Made by a program: the position numbers and the translations under genes. A model generated the notes under the pieces. The model was not told where the DNA came from, searched no databases, and saw nothing but the letters and a program-made list of their open reading frames with translations. DNA of 64,000 bases from Lama glama (Eukaryota), in the NCBI GenBank assembly GCA_028534125.1, contig CM052817.1, positions 36,148,001 through 36,212,000 of the forward strand, written 5' to 3'. Positions 50,163 to 63,672 of the stretch are shown here, piece by piece. Position 1 is the stretch's first letter. Every line of letters starts with the position of its first letter.

Positions 50163-53100
50163 TTTTCCTTTTCCAGTTTTACAGAGATGTGGTTGACATG
50201 TAACACTGTACATTTAAGATGTGCAACATGCTGGTTTGATCTACTAATACAATATAATGTAATGCGAGTCCCATCATAGCATCAGCTAACACCTCCGTCA
50301 CATCACATAATTATCATTTCTTTTCTGTAGTTAGAACATTTAAGAACTACTCTCGGCAACATTTAAATTTGTAATATATTAACTGTAATTACCATGCTGT
50401 TCATTAGATCCCTAGAATATATTCATAACTGGAAGTTTGTATCCTTTGACCCACATCTCCGCACTTCCACCACTCCCCAGCCCCTGGCAACTACCATTCT
50501 ACTCTGTTGCTATGAGGTAGGCTTTTTAGATTCCACATAATAAGTGAAATCATATAGTATTTGTCTCTCACTGACTTAGTTCACTTAGCATGTTACTTTC
50601 AGGGTCCATCTATGTTGTCTCAAACAGCACGATTTCCTTCTTATGACTAATATTCCATTGTGTCGCACATACATACATACATACATACACACCACAATTT
50701 CTTTATCCATTCATCCATTGACAGACCTGTTGTTTCCATCTTGGCTATTGTAAATAATGCTGCAGTGAAGATGGGAGTGTATGTTCTCTTCAAGATCCTA
50801 TTTTTATTTCCTTCAGATATATACCCGGAAGTAGGGTTGCTGAATCAGTTCTGTTTTTAATTTTTGAGGAAACATCATGTTTTCCATAGTGGCTGCATCA
50901 ATTTACATTCCCATCAACAGTGTATGAGGGTTCTGCTTTCTCCACATCCTCACCAACACTTATCTCCTGTCTTTTTGATAATAACCTTTCTAACAGGTGT
51001 GAGATGATCATCTTGTGGTTTTGATTTGCATTTCCCTGATGTTCAGTGATGTCAAGTACCTCTTCATGTACCTGTTGACTGTATATCTTATTTGAAAAAG
51101 TATCTATTGAGTCCTCTGCCCATTTTAAATCAGATTGTTTAGTTATTTTTGTTATTGAGTTGTATGAGTTCTTTATGTATTTTGGATTTTAACTCCTTAT
51201 CAGATATATGATTTGCAGATATTTTCTCCCATTCCATAGGTTGCATTTTTATCTGTTGATTCTTTCTTTTGCTGTGCAGAAGCTTTTTAGTTTGATGTTA
51301 TCCCACTTAACGAGTTTTTGTTTTGTTGCTAGAGCTTTGGTGTCATATCCAAAAAATCATTGCAAAGGCCAATGTCAAGAAGTCTTTTCCCTGTGTTTTC
51401 TTCTAGGACTTTTAGTTTCAGGTCTTGTGTTCAAGTCTTTCATCTATCTCGAGTTAATTTTTTTGAGTGGTATAAGATAGGGGTCCAAATTTATTATTCT
51501 GCATTTGGTTATCCAGTTTTACCAACACCATTTATTAAAGAGATTATTCTTTCCCCAATGAGTATTCTTGGCTCCCTGTCAAATATTACTTACCCATATA
51601 TCCAACTGTTTATTTCTAGGCACTTGATTCCATTGCACTAGTCTATTTGTCTATTTCTATGTCAGTACCATACTATGTTAATTACTGTAGCTTTGTAGTA
51701 TAGTATGAAACAGGAAGTATGATGCCTCCAATGTATTCATTTTCTCAGGATTGCTTTGACTATTTGGGATCTTTTGTGTTTCCATACAAATTTTAGGATT
51801 ATTTTTTCTATTTCTGTGAAAAATGCCATTGGGATTCTGATAGGGATCACACTGAATCTACAGATGGCTTTGGTTGGTATGGACATTTTAACAATATGAA
51901 CTTTTCCAATTCATGAACATAGGCTGTCTTTCCATTTCTTTGTGTCTTCAATTTTTCAAATCAAAGTCTTGTAGTTTATAGTGTAAAGATCTTTCCACCT
52001 CCTTGGTTAAGTTTACTCCTAAACTTTTTTTTATTGAAGTATAATTAATTTACAATGTTGTATTAGTTTATGGTGTACCTCAAAGTGATTCAGTTACATA
52101 TATACATTCAAGTGTGTGTGTATATGTGTATATATATTCTTTTTCATTTTCTTTTCCACTATGGGTTATTACAAGATACTGAATATAGTTCCTTGTAGGC
52201 CCTTTGTTGTTTATCTATTTTATATGTAGTAGTTTGTATCTGCTTATCTCAAATGCCTAATTTATCCTCCCCTCACTTCCGCTTTGGTAATGGTAAGTTT
52301 GTTTTCTATATCTGTGAGTCTGTTTCTGTTTTGTAAATAAGTTCATTTGTATATTTTAGATTCCACATATAAATGATACCATAATAAGCGAAGTAAATCA
52401 GATGAAGACAAATACTATATGGTATCATTTATATGTACAATCTAAACATTGTTTTCATGTTATTATGAAGGGGATTTTTTTTTCTTTTTCAGATACTTGT
52501 CAGTACACAGAAATACAACTGATCTCTGTACATTAATTTTCTATCCTATAATATTACTGAATTTATTGATTAGCTTTAGCTTTTCTTGTTGGACTCATTA
52601 GGAATGTTTATATGTAAAATCATATCATCTGCAAATAAAGACAATTTTACTTCTTCCTTTCTGACTTAGATGTCTTTTTTTTTCTTGTCTGATTTCTTTG
52701 TTTAGGATTTCCAGTACTATGTTGAATAAGAGGGATGAGAGTCATCACCCTTGACCTGTTTCTGATCTTGGAAAAGTTTTCAACTTTGGACCATTGAGTA
52801 TAATGTTAGCTGTGAACTTACCATATATTATGTTGAAGTATGTTCCCTCTTCCCAACTTGTTGAGTTTTTATCATGAAAGGATGTTCTTTTGTCAAATGT
52901 TTTTCTGCTTCTGTTGAAAGGATATGATTTATTTTTCATTCTATTAATGTGGTATATCACATTTATTGATTTGCATTCATTGACCCATTCTTGCATTCCA
53001 GGGATAAATGCTGCTTAACCATGATATACGATTGTTTTAATGTGCCTTTGAATTCAGTTTGCTACTATTTTGTTGTGAATTTTTGCATTAGTATTCATCA

Positions 53101-56100
53101 GAGATATTGGTCTGTAGTTTTCTATCCTTGTAGTATCCTTATCTGGCTTTGGTACCAGGGTTATCCTGGCCTCATAAAATGAGTTTGGGAGTGTTCCCTC
53201 CACTTTCATTTTTTGAAAGAGTTTTAAAAAGGTTGGCATTAATTCTTCTTTAACTGTTTGGTAGAATCCACCAGTGAAACCATCTGGTCTAGGGCTTTTC
53301 TTATTGGGACGTTTTTGATTATTGTTTCCATCTCCTTCCTCATTATTGGTTTGTTTGGAGTTTTAGTTGTGTCATGATTCAGTCTCGGTAGGTTGTTTGT
53401 TTCTAAGGATTTATCAGTTTCTGCTAGGTTTCCCAATTTGTTGTTCATGATAATCTCTTAAGATCCTTTGTATTCTGTGGTATCCACTATAATGTCTCCT
53501 CTTTCATTTATAATGTTATTTATTTGAGTCTTTTTTTTCTTAATTTAGCTAAAAGTTTGCCAACTATGTTTATCTTTCAAAAAAGCCAGCTCTTAATTTC
53601 ATTGATCTTTTCTATAGTTTTTCAGGTCTCTATTTCATTTATTTATGTTCTCATCTTTATTATCTCGTTGCTTTTGCTAATTTTAGGCTTAGTTCTTTCT
53701 TTTCTAGTTGTTTGAGGAGTAAAATTAGGTTGTTTGAGATTTTTTTTTTCTTAATTGGATATTTATTGATAGAAAATTCTCTTAAAACTGCTTTTCCTGT
53801 ATCCCATAGGTTTTTGTATGTTGAGTTTCCATTTTTGTTGGATTCAAGATTTTTAAAATTTTCCTTTTGATTTCTTCTTTGACACATTGTTTGTTCAGAA
53901 GTGTGTTGTTTAATTTACACATATTGGTGAATTTTTTAGCTTTCTTCTTGTTAATGACTTCTGATTTCATACCATTGGGGTTGGAAAAGATAACTTGGTA
54001 TGATTTCAGTCTTCTTAAATTTGTTAAGACTTGTTTTGTGACCTATTAGATAACCTATCATGGAGACCATTCCATGTACATTTGAGAAGAATGTGTATTG
54101 TTGGAGGGAATGTTCGGTATATATCTGTTTGACTCATTTGGTCTCAAGTATGGTTCAAGTTTTCTTGTTTCTTTGTTGATTTTCTGTCTGAAGGATCTAT
54201 CCATTGTCAAAAGTGGAACATTAAAGTCTCTAATTATTATTATATTGTTGTGTATTTATTCCTTCAGATCTGTTAGTATTTTCTTAATATATTTGGGCTA
54301 CTATATTTAGCTCCAATGCTAGGTGCATATATATATTTACAACTGTTATAACTTCTTGATAAATTGACCCCTTTGTCATTATATGACCTTCTTTTTCTCT
54401 TGTTACCACTTTTGGCTTAAAGTCTATTATGTCTGATATTAGTATAGCTATCCCTGCTTTCTTGTGGCTTTCATTTGCATGAATATCTTTTTCCACACCT
54501 TCACTTTGAGCTTATGTGTGTCCTTAAAGCTGACGTGAGTCTCTTGTAGGCAATATATAGTTGAGTTTTGGGTTTTTTAATCCATTTAGCCACTCTTTGT
54601 CTTTTATTTGAGAATTCAGTTCATTTAAATTTAAAGTAACTAATGATAAAGACTTACTAATGCCATCTTACTGTTTTCTGGCTATTTTGTAGTCCTTTTG
54701 TTGCTGTCTTCCTCTCTTGCTGCCCACATTTATGAGCTGATGATTTTCCATAGTGATACGTCTTAATTTCCTTGTCTTTATCTTCTGCGAATCTACTGTT
54801 TTTGCTTTATTACCAGGAGACTTACATAAAACATCTTATAGATATAATAGTATATTTTAGGCTGATAATTTGATTGTATATAAAAATTCTACCCTTTTGC
54901 TTTCCCTCTTATGTTTTTAATGTCACAATTTACATACATACACAAAATATATTTTTATATTATGTATTCACTAGCAAATTATTGTAGCTAAAGCTTTTTT
55001 AAAAATACTTTTGTCCTTTAACCTTTATACTAAAGTTAAGTGATTAACACACCACCATATTACAGTAGTAGAGTATTAGGAATCTAACTGTATACTTACC
55101 TTAACCAGTGTGTTGTGTATTTTCATATGTTTTCACGTTACTAATTGGTGTCCTTTCCCTTCAGCTTGAAGAACTTTCAGCATTTTTATATAAAGTCTAG
55201 TAATGAACGCTCTCAGTTTTTGTTTGTTAGGGAAAGTCTTTTATCTCACCTTCATTTCTGAAGGACAGCTTTGCTGGGTTCTTGGTTGGCAGGTTTTTTT
55301 TTTCTTTCTTTCTTTCAGTACTTGAATATATCACTCCATTCTCTCCTAGATGCAAGGTCTCTACTGGGAAATCTGCTGATAGCCTTATGAGGAAAAATCA
55401 TTTTAGACTGAAATTTTGGAGTAAGCTATTAATTTCATGAACTTGGAAGTCCATATTTCTCCCAGGTTTGAGAAATTCTCAGCCATTATTTCTTTAAATA
55501 AGCTTTCTACCTCTTTCTCTGTCTCTTCTCCTTTTGTAACTCCAATAATATGTACATTGTTTCTCTTAACGGGGTCTCCTAAGTCCTATAGGTGTTCTTC
55601 AGTCCTTTTCATTCTTTTTGCTCCTCTGGATAATTTCAGTTGATCTGTCTCACTGATTCTTTCTTCTTCATCTTCAAGTCTGATGTTGAAGCTCTCTACT
55701 GAATTTTTCAATTCAGTCATTGTATTCTTCAGCTCCAAAATTTCTTTTTTAGATTTTCTGTCTCTTTGATGTACGTCTTATTTGTTCTTGTCCTATTTTC
55801 CAGATATGATTAAATTGTTTGTTCTCTTGTAGTTCTCAGAGCATCTTTAGACAATTTTCTTAAACTATCAGGCAATCCTAGATCTCTGTTTCTTTAGGGC
55901 CAGTTACTGGAGGTTGACTGTATTCCTTTGATGGAGACGTCTCCCTGATTCATGATCCCTGTAGCCTTGCATGAGTGTCTGCATTTCAAGAAGCAGTCAT
56001 CTCTTACAGACATTATGGACTGACTTTGGTAAGTGAAGACTTTCACACCTACAAGGGTTGGAGAGGGAGTGGGCACACTGCAACATGCTGTGACCCAGGT

Positions 56101-57280
56101 CTACTGGTGCAGGGTACCAAGTGTGGGGGCATGTGGCAGCAAGGGGTCCAAGAGGCATGGTCTCTCTTTGGCTCAGGTTGCTGGGGTCTACAGCATCAAC
56201 AACTGTGTGGTCCTTGATGAATGCTGCAGGGAGTCTGCAAAGGCTACAGTGGCTGTTGGGGTTCTGAGCAGCACCTCTAGATCCAGGGACTGGAACAGGC
56301 AGCAGTGGTGGCCGATGCCTGTGGTCAGCTCAGCTACAGGGGTCAGCTACAAGTACCTATGTAGTGGCTGGGGCCAGTTGCAGGCATGCACCTAGTCGTG
56401 GGTGCCAGGGCAGGCAGCAAAGGCCAGGGCTAGCTGCAGGCACCCTGGCAGCTACAAGAGCCCCTAGCTATCTGCATGCTCTCCTGTGGCTGCAGTCTCC
56501 CCCTAGGTGTGCACACAGCAGTGGAAGCCAGTGACAGGTGTCAGGCCGGCAGTGTGCAAGTGCACAGCTGAAGGGGCTTGCCCCAAATGCACACATGGCG
56601 ATGGGGCATCTAGGTTCATGTCTTATATTCACAAAGAGGCCTGGGCTGGCTGTTGGTGCAGTACCTGGGCTCTAGCAGGGGCCAGATCAGGGCAGGGAGA
56701 AAGTAGGTAGGACTCAGGTGGCTGATGCCAGTGAATGCAAATACCTGTGGGTGAAAGTTGGTGAAATCTGCAGGGAGTCCATGGTGGCTGTGCTGTCTCT
56801 CGTTTTCTTCAGTGGTGAAAGCTGCTGGGTATGTCTGTAGAGCAGGTGTCTAGAAACCACAGTCGCTCTGCTGTGTGCCTGCTTCTGGTAGCTCCTACTT
56901 TTCTTCCTTGTTCCATCTCTGTGTGTCTCAGCTTTGCCAGTCTCTGGGTGGGGTAAATCTGAAGTGGCACCTTCATGTGGTGCCCCAAAAGGCTGGGGAA
57001 GCTAGTCACTCACCCCACTTCCCCTTTCCTAGTGAAGGGTCCTCTATCTAGCTGGGAGCTCCCTCTTGGTGCTGAGCAATGCTAGTTTTGGGGACAGGAT
57101 GATGCAGGCAGAATGAAGCTGCCTTCCCCTTTTTGTATGGTTAGTCTCAGGGTTTTTTGGTTCCCTGCAGTGCTGAAGTTTCTTAAGTGCACTCCGGTGC
57201 TCTGTTTATATATATTGTCGATCTTTGTAGGGAGATGGAGGCTGGGTATCCTACATTGCCATTTTGATGATGTCACCTCC
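50163..57280 (-). mobile_element. Decayed, apparently full-length L1 (L1MA-age)
   Basis: ORF2 remnants ([28 protein letters not shown] at 53239-53054; endonuclease KKAGIAILISD at 54496-54284), ORF1-like region about 55200-55900, 5' end ggaggtgacatcatcaaaatggc with YY1-type motif; many stops and frameshifts. Confidence 0.92.
52025..52446 (-). mobile_element. Younger 5'-truncated, 5'-inverted L1 nested in ORF2 of the old L1
   Basis: Poly(T) at 52025, antisense L1 3'UTR to 52382, then a sense-oriented piece 52384-52446; flanked by CTAAAC. Confidence 0.85.
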
Positions 57281-57284
57281 AGCC

Positions 57285-57415
57285 CTGCAACTCAGGAGCA
57301 GCCAGATGGAAGAGACTCACAGGGCAAGGTATGTGGGAAAGGGCATGGAGCTGTGATGCCCTCTTCAGGCACACCACGCTCCCGGTACCTCCATACGTTC
57401 TCCAACTTGGAAGCT
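57285..57415 (+). mobile_element. MER21-like ERVL LTR fragment
   Basis: caactcaggagcagccagatggaagag...agggcaaggtatgtggga...tggaagct resembles recalled MER21. Confidence 0.6.
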
Positions 57416-57869
57416 ACTATTTGGCCATCACTTCCAAACTATGGTCTGGGAGAAGTTAGCTGACCACTGAATGCCAACAGAGACCCCGTACTCACTGACA
57501 ACAGCTCCAATGAGACCTACTGCGGATGCTATGGGAAAAGCATACCTGATCCGTATTTCAGTCCCACAGTCATAGAACTGCCTTACTGAACTGTACAGTG
57601 GCAGGAAAACAAAGCTCCCCACAGCGTCTCTGCAGATGGGTGGTCAAGGAAGTGACCTGCTACATCATGATGTCTCTTTCAGTTGGCCACTAGGCAACTT
57701 CATCTCTAGCAACCCATTTCTAGTCAAATTTGCTGCCCACCTCTAGCAGCTTGGCACAGTACAGATTAATGGTCCATGTCCCACCACTCTGACAGTGAAC
57801 AAATTATTTTCTCTAAACATTCATTTTTTCATGTGAAAAATTAGGGTAAGAATAGTAATTTTAGTTACT

Positions 57870-58052
57870 GAGAGTTTGTCACATGCTAGGCACTGTCCCA
57901 CGTGCTTTCCCTTAATTAATTCACTTAATTCTCATCAACAACTCCATGAGGTAGGCACTATTTCTGTTCCCATTTTCAATAGGAAGAAAATGAGGTGCAA
58001 GAGGTTAAGAAACCTGCCCAAGGCCACACAGCTGGTAAGTGGTCGAGCCAGG
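57870..58052 (-). mobile_element. MIR SINE
   Basis: atgaggtaggcactatt...cccatttt...aggttaagaaacctgcccaaggccacacagctggtaagtgg. Confidence 0.85.
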
Positions 58053-58329
58053 AGGGCAGGGGTGGCAGTTAAACTGATTCGTGCATAGATAATGCTCAGT
58101 GCAGGGTCCAGCGCACAGTCAATACCTGGTGGCGATTATGACAGTTAAAACCTTGGTGCCTATTTCTGTGCGTTAATCTTAGACACAGCTTGATTTTTCT
58201 CACCCCTGTGGCAGAAAGGCCCACACATTTGTTCTCTCTGGTTCAGTGTCAGCTATGACCACGTTCCTGCTAAGACTTCAGCAAGTTACCAGCTCTGTTG
58301 TTATGATTCCTGCAAGTCTGATCTCAAAG

Positions 58330-58480
58330 AGTTGGGGCAAATCTTTCTCCATTAAGGGCCACGTATTAATATGTTAGGCTGTGTAGGCAGACAACTGCTG
58401 TCATGTATCCCTTTTTTCTTTTATTTTAAAAATATAAAACCTATTTTAGCTCATGGGCTATAGTTTGCCAACCTCAGCTC
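58330..58480. mobile_element. MER58-like hAT MITE
   Basis: ggggcaaa...aagggccac...atagtttgccaacc termini. Confidence 0.6.
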
Positions 58481-59729
58481 TCCAAGGTTATTAATACAGA
58501 ACTAGTCTAGTCATCAAAAAGCTTTCACATGGAAATGGAGCTATCAGAATTGGCTACATTGCCTGGTTACACTTTCACTGAATCCCACCTACTGCCTTAT
58601 TTTAATGAAATTATTTTTTCATTAAACTGGTACATTTATGAATACAGTGGAGAAACTTCCAAATGTCTGCAGGTGAGGACGGTAAGTAAATCTAGAAATG
58701 CCTATCTAGAATCTTCCAAAACTAAGTGATGAAGGGAAAAGGAAAATATGCCAGAAAAAAATCATTTTTAGAAAATTTCACTCATGCAACAAATATCTGG
58801 AAGAATTTATTGAGCATATCTATATGCAGGCACTGCTTTTGGTGATGAGATTTTAGAATTTCAGAGCTCAAAGGGACCTTAGAAATTATCTGGTCCAAAC
58901 TCCTTATTTCATGGATAAGGATTCTGAGGCCTAGAAATTTAAATGGAACAGGCTTTTTTGTCCCTCAAACTTAGCACATATATATGCTATTAAGTGTTTG
59001 TTGAACGGAACTTAATGGTTTAAAGGTGGTAAAGAGAACAGTAGCTTCCCATTACTAACAGTACATTACAGTACAGTACATAGTAATTTTTAAATTTTTT
59101 TGAAAAAAGTTTTTTACTGTGAACAAGTGAGGTAAGCATCAGCTGTTAGATTAGTAAGTCTTGGATTCAACTTTAATTTCTCCTTTTCCCTTAAGGCTCT
59201 CATTGCCCCCTCCCCTCTCTCCTGTCCACACGTCTGTTTACACTGTGCTCTGTCCTCCCCACTCCAATTCCTCCACATGCATCCCCCATGCATGTTTTCT
59301 TCTTAAAACCAGGCTCAAGTCATATCACTGCCTCCTTCCTCTACCTCAAGGTTCTGAACTTTTTTGACGTTTCAAGGTCTTAGCCTGGTTCCTCAGTCCC
59401 AAACCTGCCTTCTTTCTCCCCAGTCATACTTACCATTATTCTGTTTCCTCTGATGCTCCCTTCAAATTGTTCCTGGCCTTTCTCTAAATACGCTCCCACT
59501 TCAAGCCCTTGCTAAGAAATGCCTTGTCACCTGTCACAAGCTTCTGGAATCCTATCCATTCTTAATGCCACCTGCTCCTCTACCCTGCTTTCCTCTTCAT
59601 TTCCCCAGCAGTTCTCCTTTCTCGTGGCAGGAATGAAATTTGATCTATTAGATTACTTAGGTAGATGATGTAATTCTTCTACTGAAAGCAACCTACCTAT
59701 TTAGCAGGTACAAGAAGAAACAGTTCTGG

Positions 59730-61222
59730 TTACATTAAAACACCAAATTTATTGCATAATATTGAACTATATGCACACACATAGAAAATAAACATTTCAT
59801 ATAACTGTATATCTTTTTAATCTTGTATTATAAAGACTGAAAAACTACCAATTTAGCAATTGGAATAAATTTTAAAAACCAAAAGAAAAAGCAAAAATCT
59901 ACAGTCCTTCATTGAGATTTGATGCTGACTCACGGTTCATAAATACTTCATTTTATATAAATAAGTTTTTTCTCTAGTGACTAGGAATTTAAAATTAGGC
60001 TGACATGGATTCTTTGCTCATGTAGAATTTCCTTACCCCGGATGAAGGTTGAGCATGTCATGATTTCAGAGATACATATATTTGCTTTAAACACAACCCT
60101 CTGAAATCCCATTGTAAACAAACATTTCAAATGCAATAAACAAAAGTTCCATAATGAAGAATGTCCTTAAGTCTTAGCAGTTAGGGAAAAGGGAAAAAAA
60201 AATCTGAGTAGAAACTTTTCAATTTAAATAGAAATAAAAAAACAGACTGCATGCATCCACTAGATGGAGAGGAGAGGAGCATGAAGTCAGGTCACAAAGA
60301 TGGGGACGGAATGAAGAGGGCAGTGGGGAGACAAAGTAGTAGAGACATAAAGTGATAGGGAAAGGGGACAAGAAATATATTATTTCTACTTTTCTGGGAG
60401 AAAATATTCCTTAAAAAATTAATGCAACTTGCTCCAAAGCAAAATAATGGAAGGGTTGGGGGCCTGCCACATCATCTTATCGTCAAAAGGACTTGGCGGA
60501 GCAACCAAACAAAATTCAGCTCAGCTGCGAAGCTCTGCACACCTTTAAGGAGGGCCAGGAATAGGCAGAGCCATAGGGAGATGGCTTGTCCCTCGAGTTT
60601 TTTTTTAAGCAAGGCGTGTTTATCAGAGGGCTCCCATCAGTTCTCCAGAGTTCCGCCAAAGTAATGGACCCAGATTCAGCTTGTTGGACTTAAGAATTTC
60701 TGAAGAAGTCCTTTCTTTCCTTTGTCCTTAGGGTAGGGCTGCAACAAGCCAGGAGCATTTCCAAGGCTGCAGAGAAAGGAGACATTCTGCATGTGCAGGT
60801 GAGAAAGGACGGATAATCAAATCATTCTTGCAGAGGAATGAGAAGTTAGACGAAGGACAAGGAAGCATCATGAGGAAAGATCAGGGCTGAGAGAGACACT
60901 GGGGAAATGTGAGTTTAAAAATCCACTGCCATTTTATCCAGCAGAGTGCAACACAGCCACAAGTGCAAGGAATACGGGCTAATTTGGTTTAAAAACAAAA
61001 ACACCTCCCCCACAAGAGCCAGTTTTTCACCCCATCCCCAGCCCCTGATTTTTCAAAAAGGTTCCTGCTTACCACCCCAGAAAACCATCAACCAGGTTCA
61101 GGAGTCACAAGTCCCAACCCACTTATGCAATAGAAAAATAGAACTCACGCCCATGATTTTCTATATGGGCCTCAAGGTGGACGCTGAGGAAGGAAGGGAA
61201 ATCTGGGGCAAGCTGGGGAGCC
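59730..61222 (-). other. HERC3: HERC3 3'UTR (end approximate)
   Basis: Between the stop codon and the minus-strand AATAAA at 59753-59748. Confidence 0.75.
59748..59753 (-). terminator. HERC3 poly(A) signal
   Basis: TTTATT on + strand; T/GT-rich downstream on - strand (ctgtttcttcttgt). Confidence 0.75.
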
Positions 61223-61431
61223 TCAGGCCAAGCTGAACCCCTCGTAGTTGTCCAGGGCCTGGGTCAGCCGTGCACTCAGGACCTCTTTGCTGCTGTACTT
61301 GGGGAGGTCAAGAAGGTTGTAGCAAGTGTGGGCCACAGGCAAGTACTCCTCCCCGCTGGCTGTGGACTGGATGATGATCTGCAGGCTGGCCATGCCGTAG
61401 ATGGGAATCCGATCACTACCCGTCAGGAACA
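61223..61431 (-). CDS. HERC3: HERC3 last coding exon with HECT catalytic cysteine (AHTCYN)
   Basis: ctctccgcag| acceptor; TGA at 61225-61223; HECT C-lobe motifs FLTGSDRIP and HTCYNLLDLP. Confidence 0.96.
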
Positions 61432-62567
61432 CTGCGGAGAGAGGGAATGGGAATTACCAACTACACAAATGGGGGACTGGTGTTGGCGGCCTGGGAGGAA
61501 CAGAAGGGAAAGGATGACACCCTGTGGCTCCTATGAGAAGTGCAACCACTTTCATGTGCCAATACAATACATACATACTGCATTAATACTAATATAAGCT
61601 CATTCTTACAGAGCGAGAGAGATTGCCTTTCAAATCCTGGTTGTTGGTTTTATGTGGATAAAAAGTCTGTACTTTTCATTGAAGGGAACTGCTGACCTCG
61701 GGGAAAGCAGGAAGACGACCTGAGTCTCTGACTAGAGGCCTCCTCTCCCCTCAGATGTCTGTGCTTATACCCCCTGGCTGGTGAATTTGCTTGCCTTTGC
61801 CTGTCTCTCCATTTTTCTTAAACCAGAAGAGCTGACGCTGACATTACATGAGACGCTTCACTCTTGTGACACACTGGGACTTGGGGGAAAAAAGAGAGAC
61901 CAACCCAGCTGTCTTTTCCTGTTTTCTAGCACTAGAGAACCTTCTTTGTTCAATTGCTGGAAAAATTACTACAGTGAAATCCTTAGTTAAGGAGCACTTT
62001 CAAATAACCTGCCACTACCTGAGGCTGAAATAGATACACATTCTTATCAAAGTCTGTAGAGTTAATAAAACTTATGTAAATCTCTGAACAGAAAAATGTC
62101 TTCTTTTAAGGATAATCCCTGGACCAGGAGCAGACTCCGCCTGATGTCACTGCTTTACAAGCTCTGCTGGCAAACCTCACCCCATCACTTGACTCACATG
62201 CCACAGCTTCTCAAGAGCCTGTGTAACGGGGCAGAGGAGAAACAGGGCTCTCTTTAGGAATTCTTCTGTAAGCTCTCTGCTGCCTCTCATTCTTGCACAT
62301 GAGCAGTAGAATCCAGGGATAAATCTTGCATTAATACTAACATATGCTCTTTCTTATAAAGCAAAAGAGACTGCCTCTCAAATTCTAGTTTTTTAAAAAA
62401 TTTTATACAGATAAAAAATGTATACTATTCACTGGCTAGTTTATCAACGTGATTATACAATGACACAAAGATTTCTACTATTTTTTTAAAAGGATCAGTT
62501 TGTTCATGTAAACTAGACTTCATTCTCCTTTCCAAATGTATTAATTACCCTTCTCAAATGTCATCCA

Positions 62568-62850
62568 GCCAGTCACAAAGGACCACTTATTGTATGACTC
62601 CATTTATATGAAATGTCCAGAACAGGCGACGCCAGAGAGAAAGCAGACTGGTAAAGGGATAGGAGGTTGGGAGAAAACAGGGAAAGACTGCTAATGGGCA
62701 CAGGGCTGCTGCTTAAGGTGATGAACATGTTCTAAAGTTGACAGCTGCACACTGTGGAGTATACTGAAAACCACTGAAATGTATATTTTAAATGGCTGAG
62801 TTGTATAGTATGTGCATGTGAATTAAATCTCAACAAAGCTATTATAAATC
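62568..62850 (+). mobile_element. L1MB-type 3' end fragment
   Basis: gccagtcacaaaggaccac...tccatttatatgaaatgtccagaa...aaaaccactgaa...tctcaacaaagct. Confidence 0.85.
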
Positions 62851-63221
62851 ACATCTCCCCAGTTACATCTGCCATGAACACTAATATTTTCAAAAGGCTA
62901 GAGAGATAAGGGAGGTTAATCCAAACAGTTTGATTTCATTAATGTAATACTTAAAGGAGTCACATATAAAACTAGTATTTTTAGAGCAATTAAAAAATCA
63001 GTGAAATGCTTTTTTCTTCCTTTCATGCAGTCCATTCTATTAGGCAGCAACTAAGGAATAACACCCTCTGTGCCTGATATCATAAGACAATAGTGTAAAT
63101 ATATTTCCTTACTTACTCTTTACCATTTAAGAGTTGAACTTTACCCATAGAGTATGCCGTCCTATACCATATGCAAAACTGAAATGTGGACATATACCAT
63201 ATTGACATTACTGATACTTAC

Positions 63222-63324
63222 AGAGAAACTTCTTCTTCTTTTCCAGTGGGAACTCATGAAATGTTTCCCAAAATAGTCTCACAGTGGGATGTGCGGCTGA
63301 GTAATCACCCCTGTAGATGGCAGT
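63222..63324 (-). CDS. HERC3: HERC3 penultimate coding exon (TAIYRGDYSAAHPTVRLFWETFHEFPLEKKKKFL)
   Basis: T-rich tract and gggcag| acceptor, TCT|gtaagt donor, 103 nt. Confidence 0.95.
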
Positions 63325-63405
63325 CTGCCCAAAAAAGAAAAAAAATCATCTTAAGAAAAATATTACAGTGGACATATGCATTGGAGAGGAAGTAACTGCT
63401 GTGTT

Positions 63406-63672
63406 GGGGGAGGGTAATAGCTTAGCGGTAGAGCGCATGCTTAGCACGCATGAGGTCCTGGGTTCAATCCCCAGTACTTCCACTAAAAAAAAAAAAAACC
63501 TGCAAAATCTACTTTATAGCACAGGGAACCATATTCAGTATCTTATAATAACCTACAATGGAAAAGAATCTGAAAAGGAATATACATATATACATGTATA
63601 ACTGAATCATTTTGCTGTACACCTGAAACTAACATTGTAAATCAACTATACTTCAATTAAAAAAAAAAAAAA
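63406..63672 (+). mobile_element. Composite element: tRNA-derived SINE head + poly(A) + L1 3' tail + poly(A)
   Basis: SINE A/B boxes 63406-63484, A-run to 63498, L1 3'UTR end (agcacagggaac...aatcaactatacttcaatt) then A-run. Confidence 0.88.

Noticed and set aside
52745..54496. Active reverse transcriptase or endonuclease gene
   Set aside because: Fragmented L1 ORF2 with many stops and frameshifts and a nested insertion
57428..57622. 64-aa - strand ORF with a hydrophobic stretch (AVGLIGAVVSEYGVSVGI)
   Set aside because: GTG start, no homolog I recognise and no convincing splice sites; a tblastn search would be needed to revisit it
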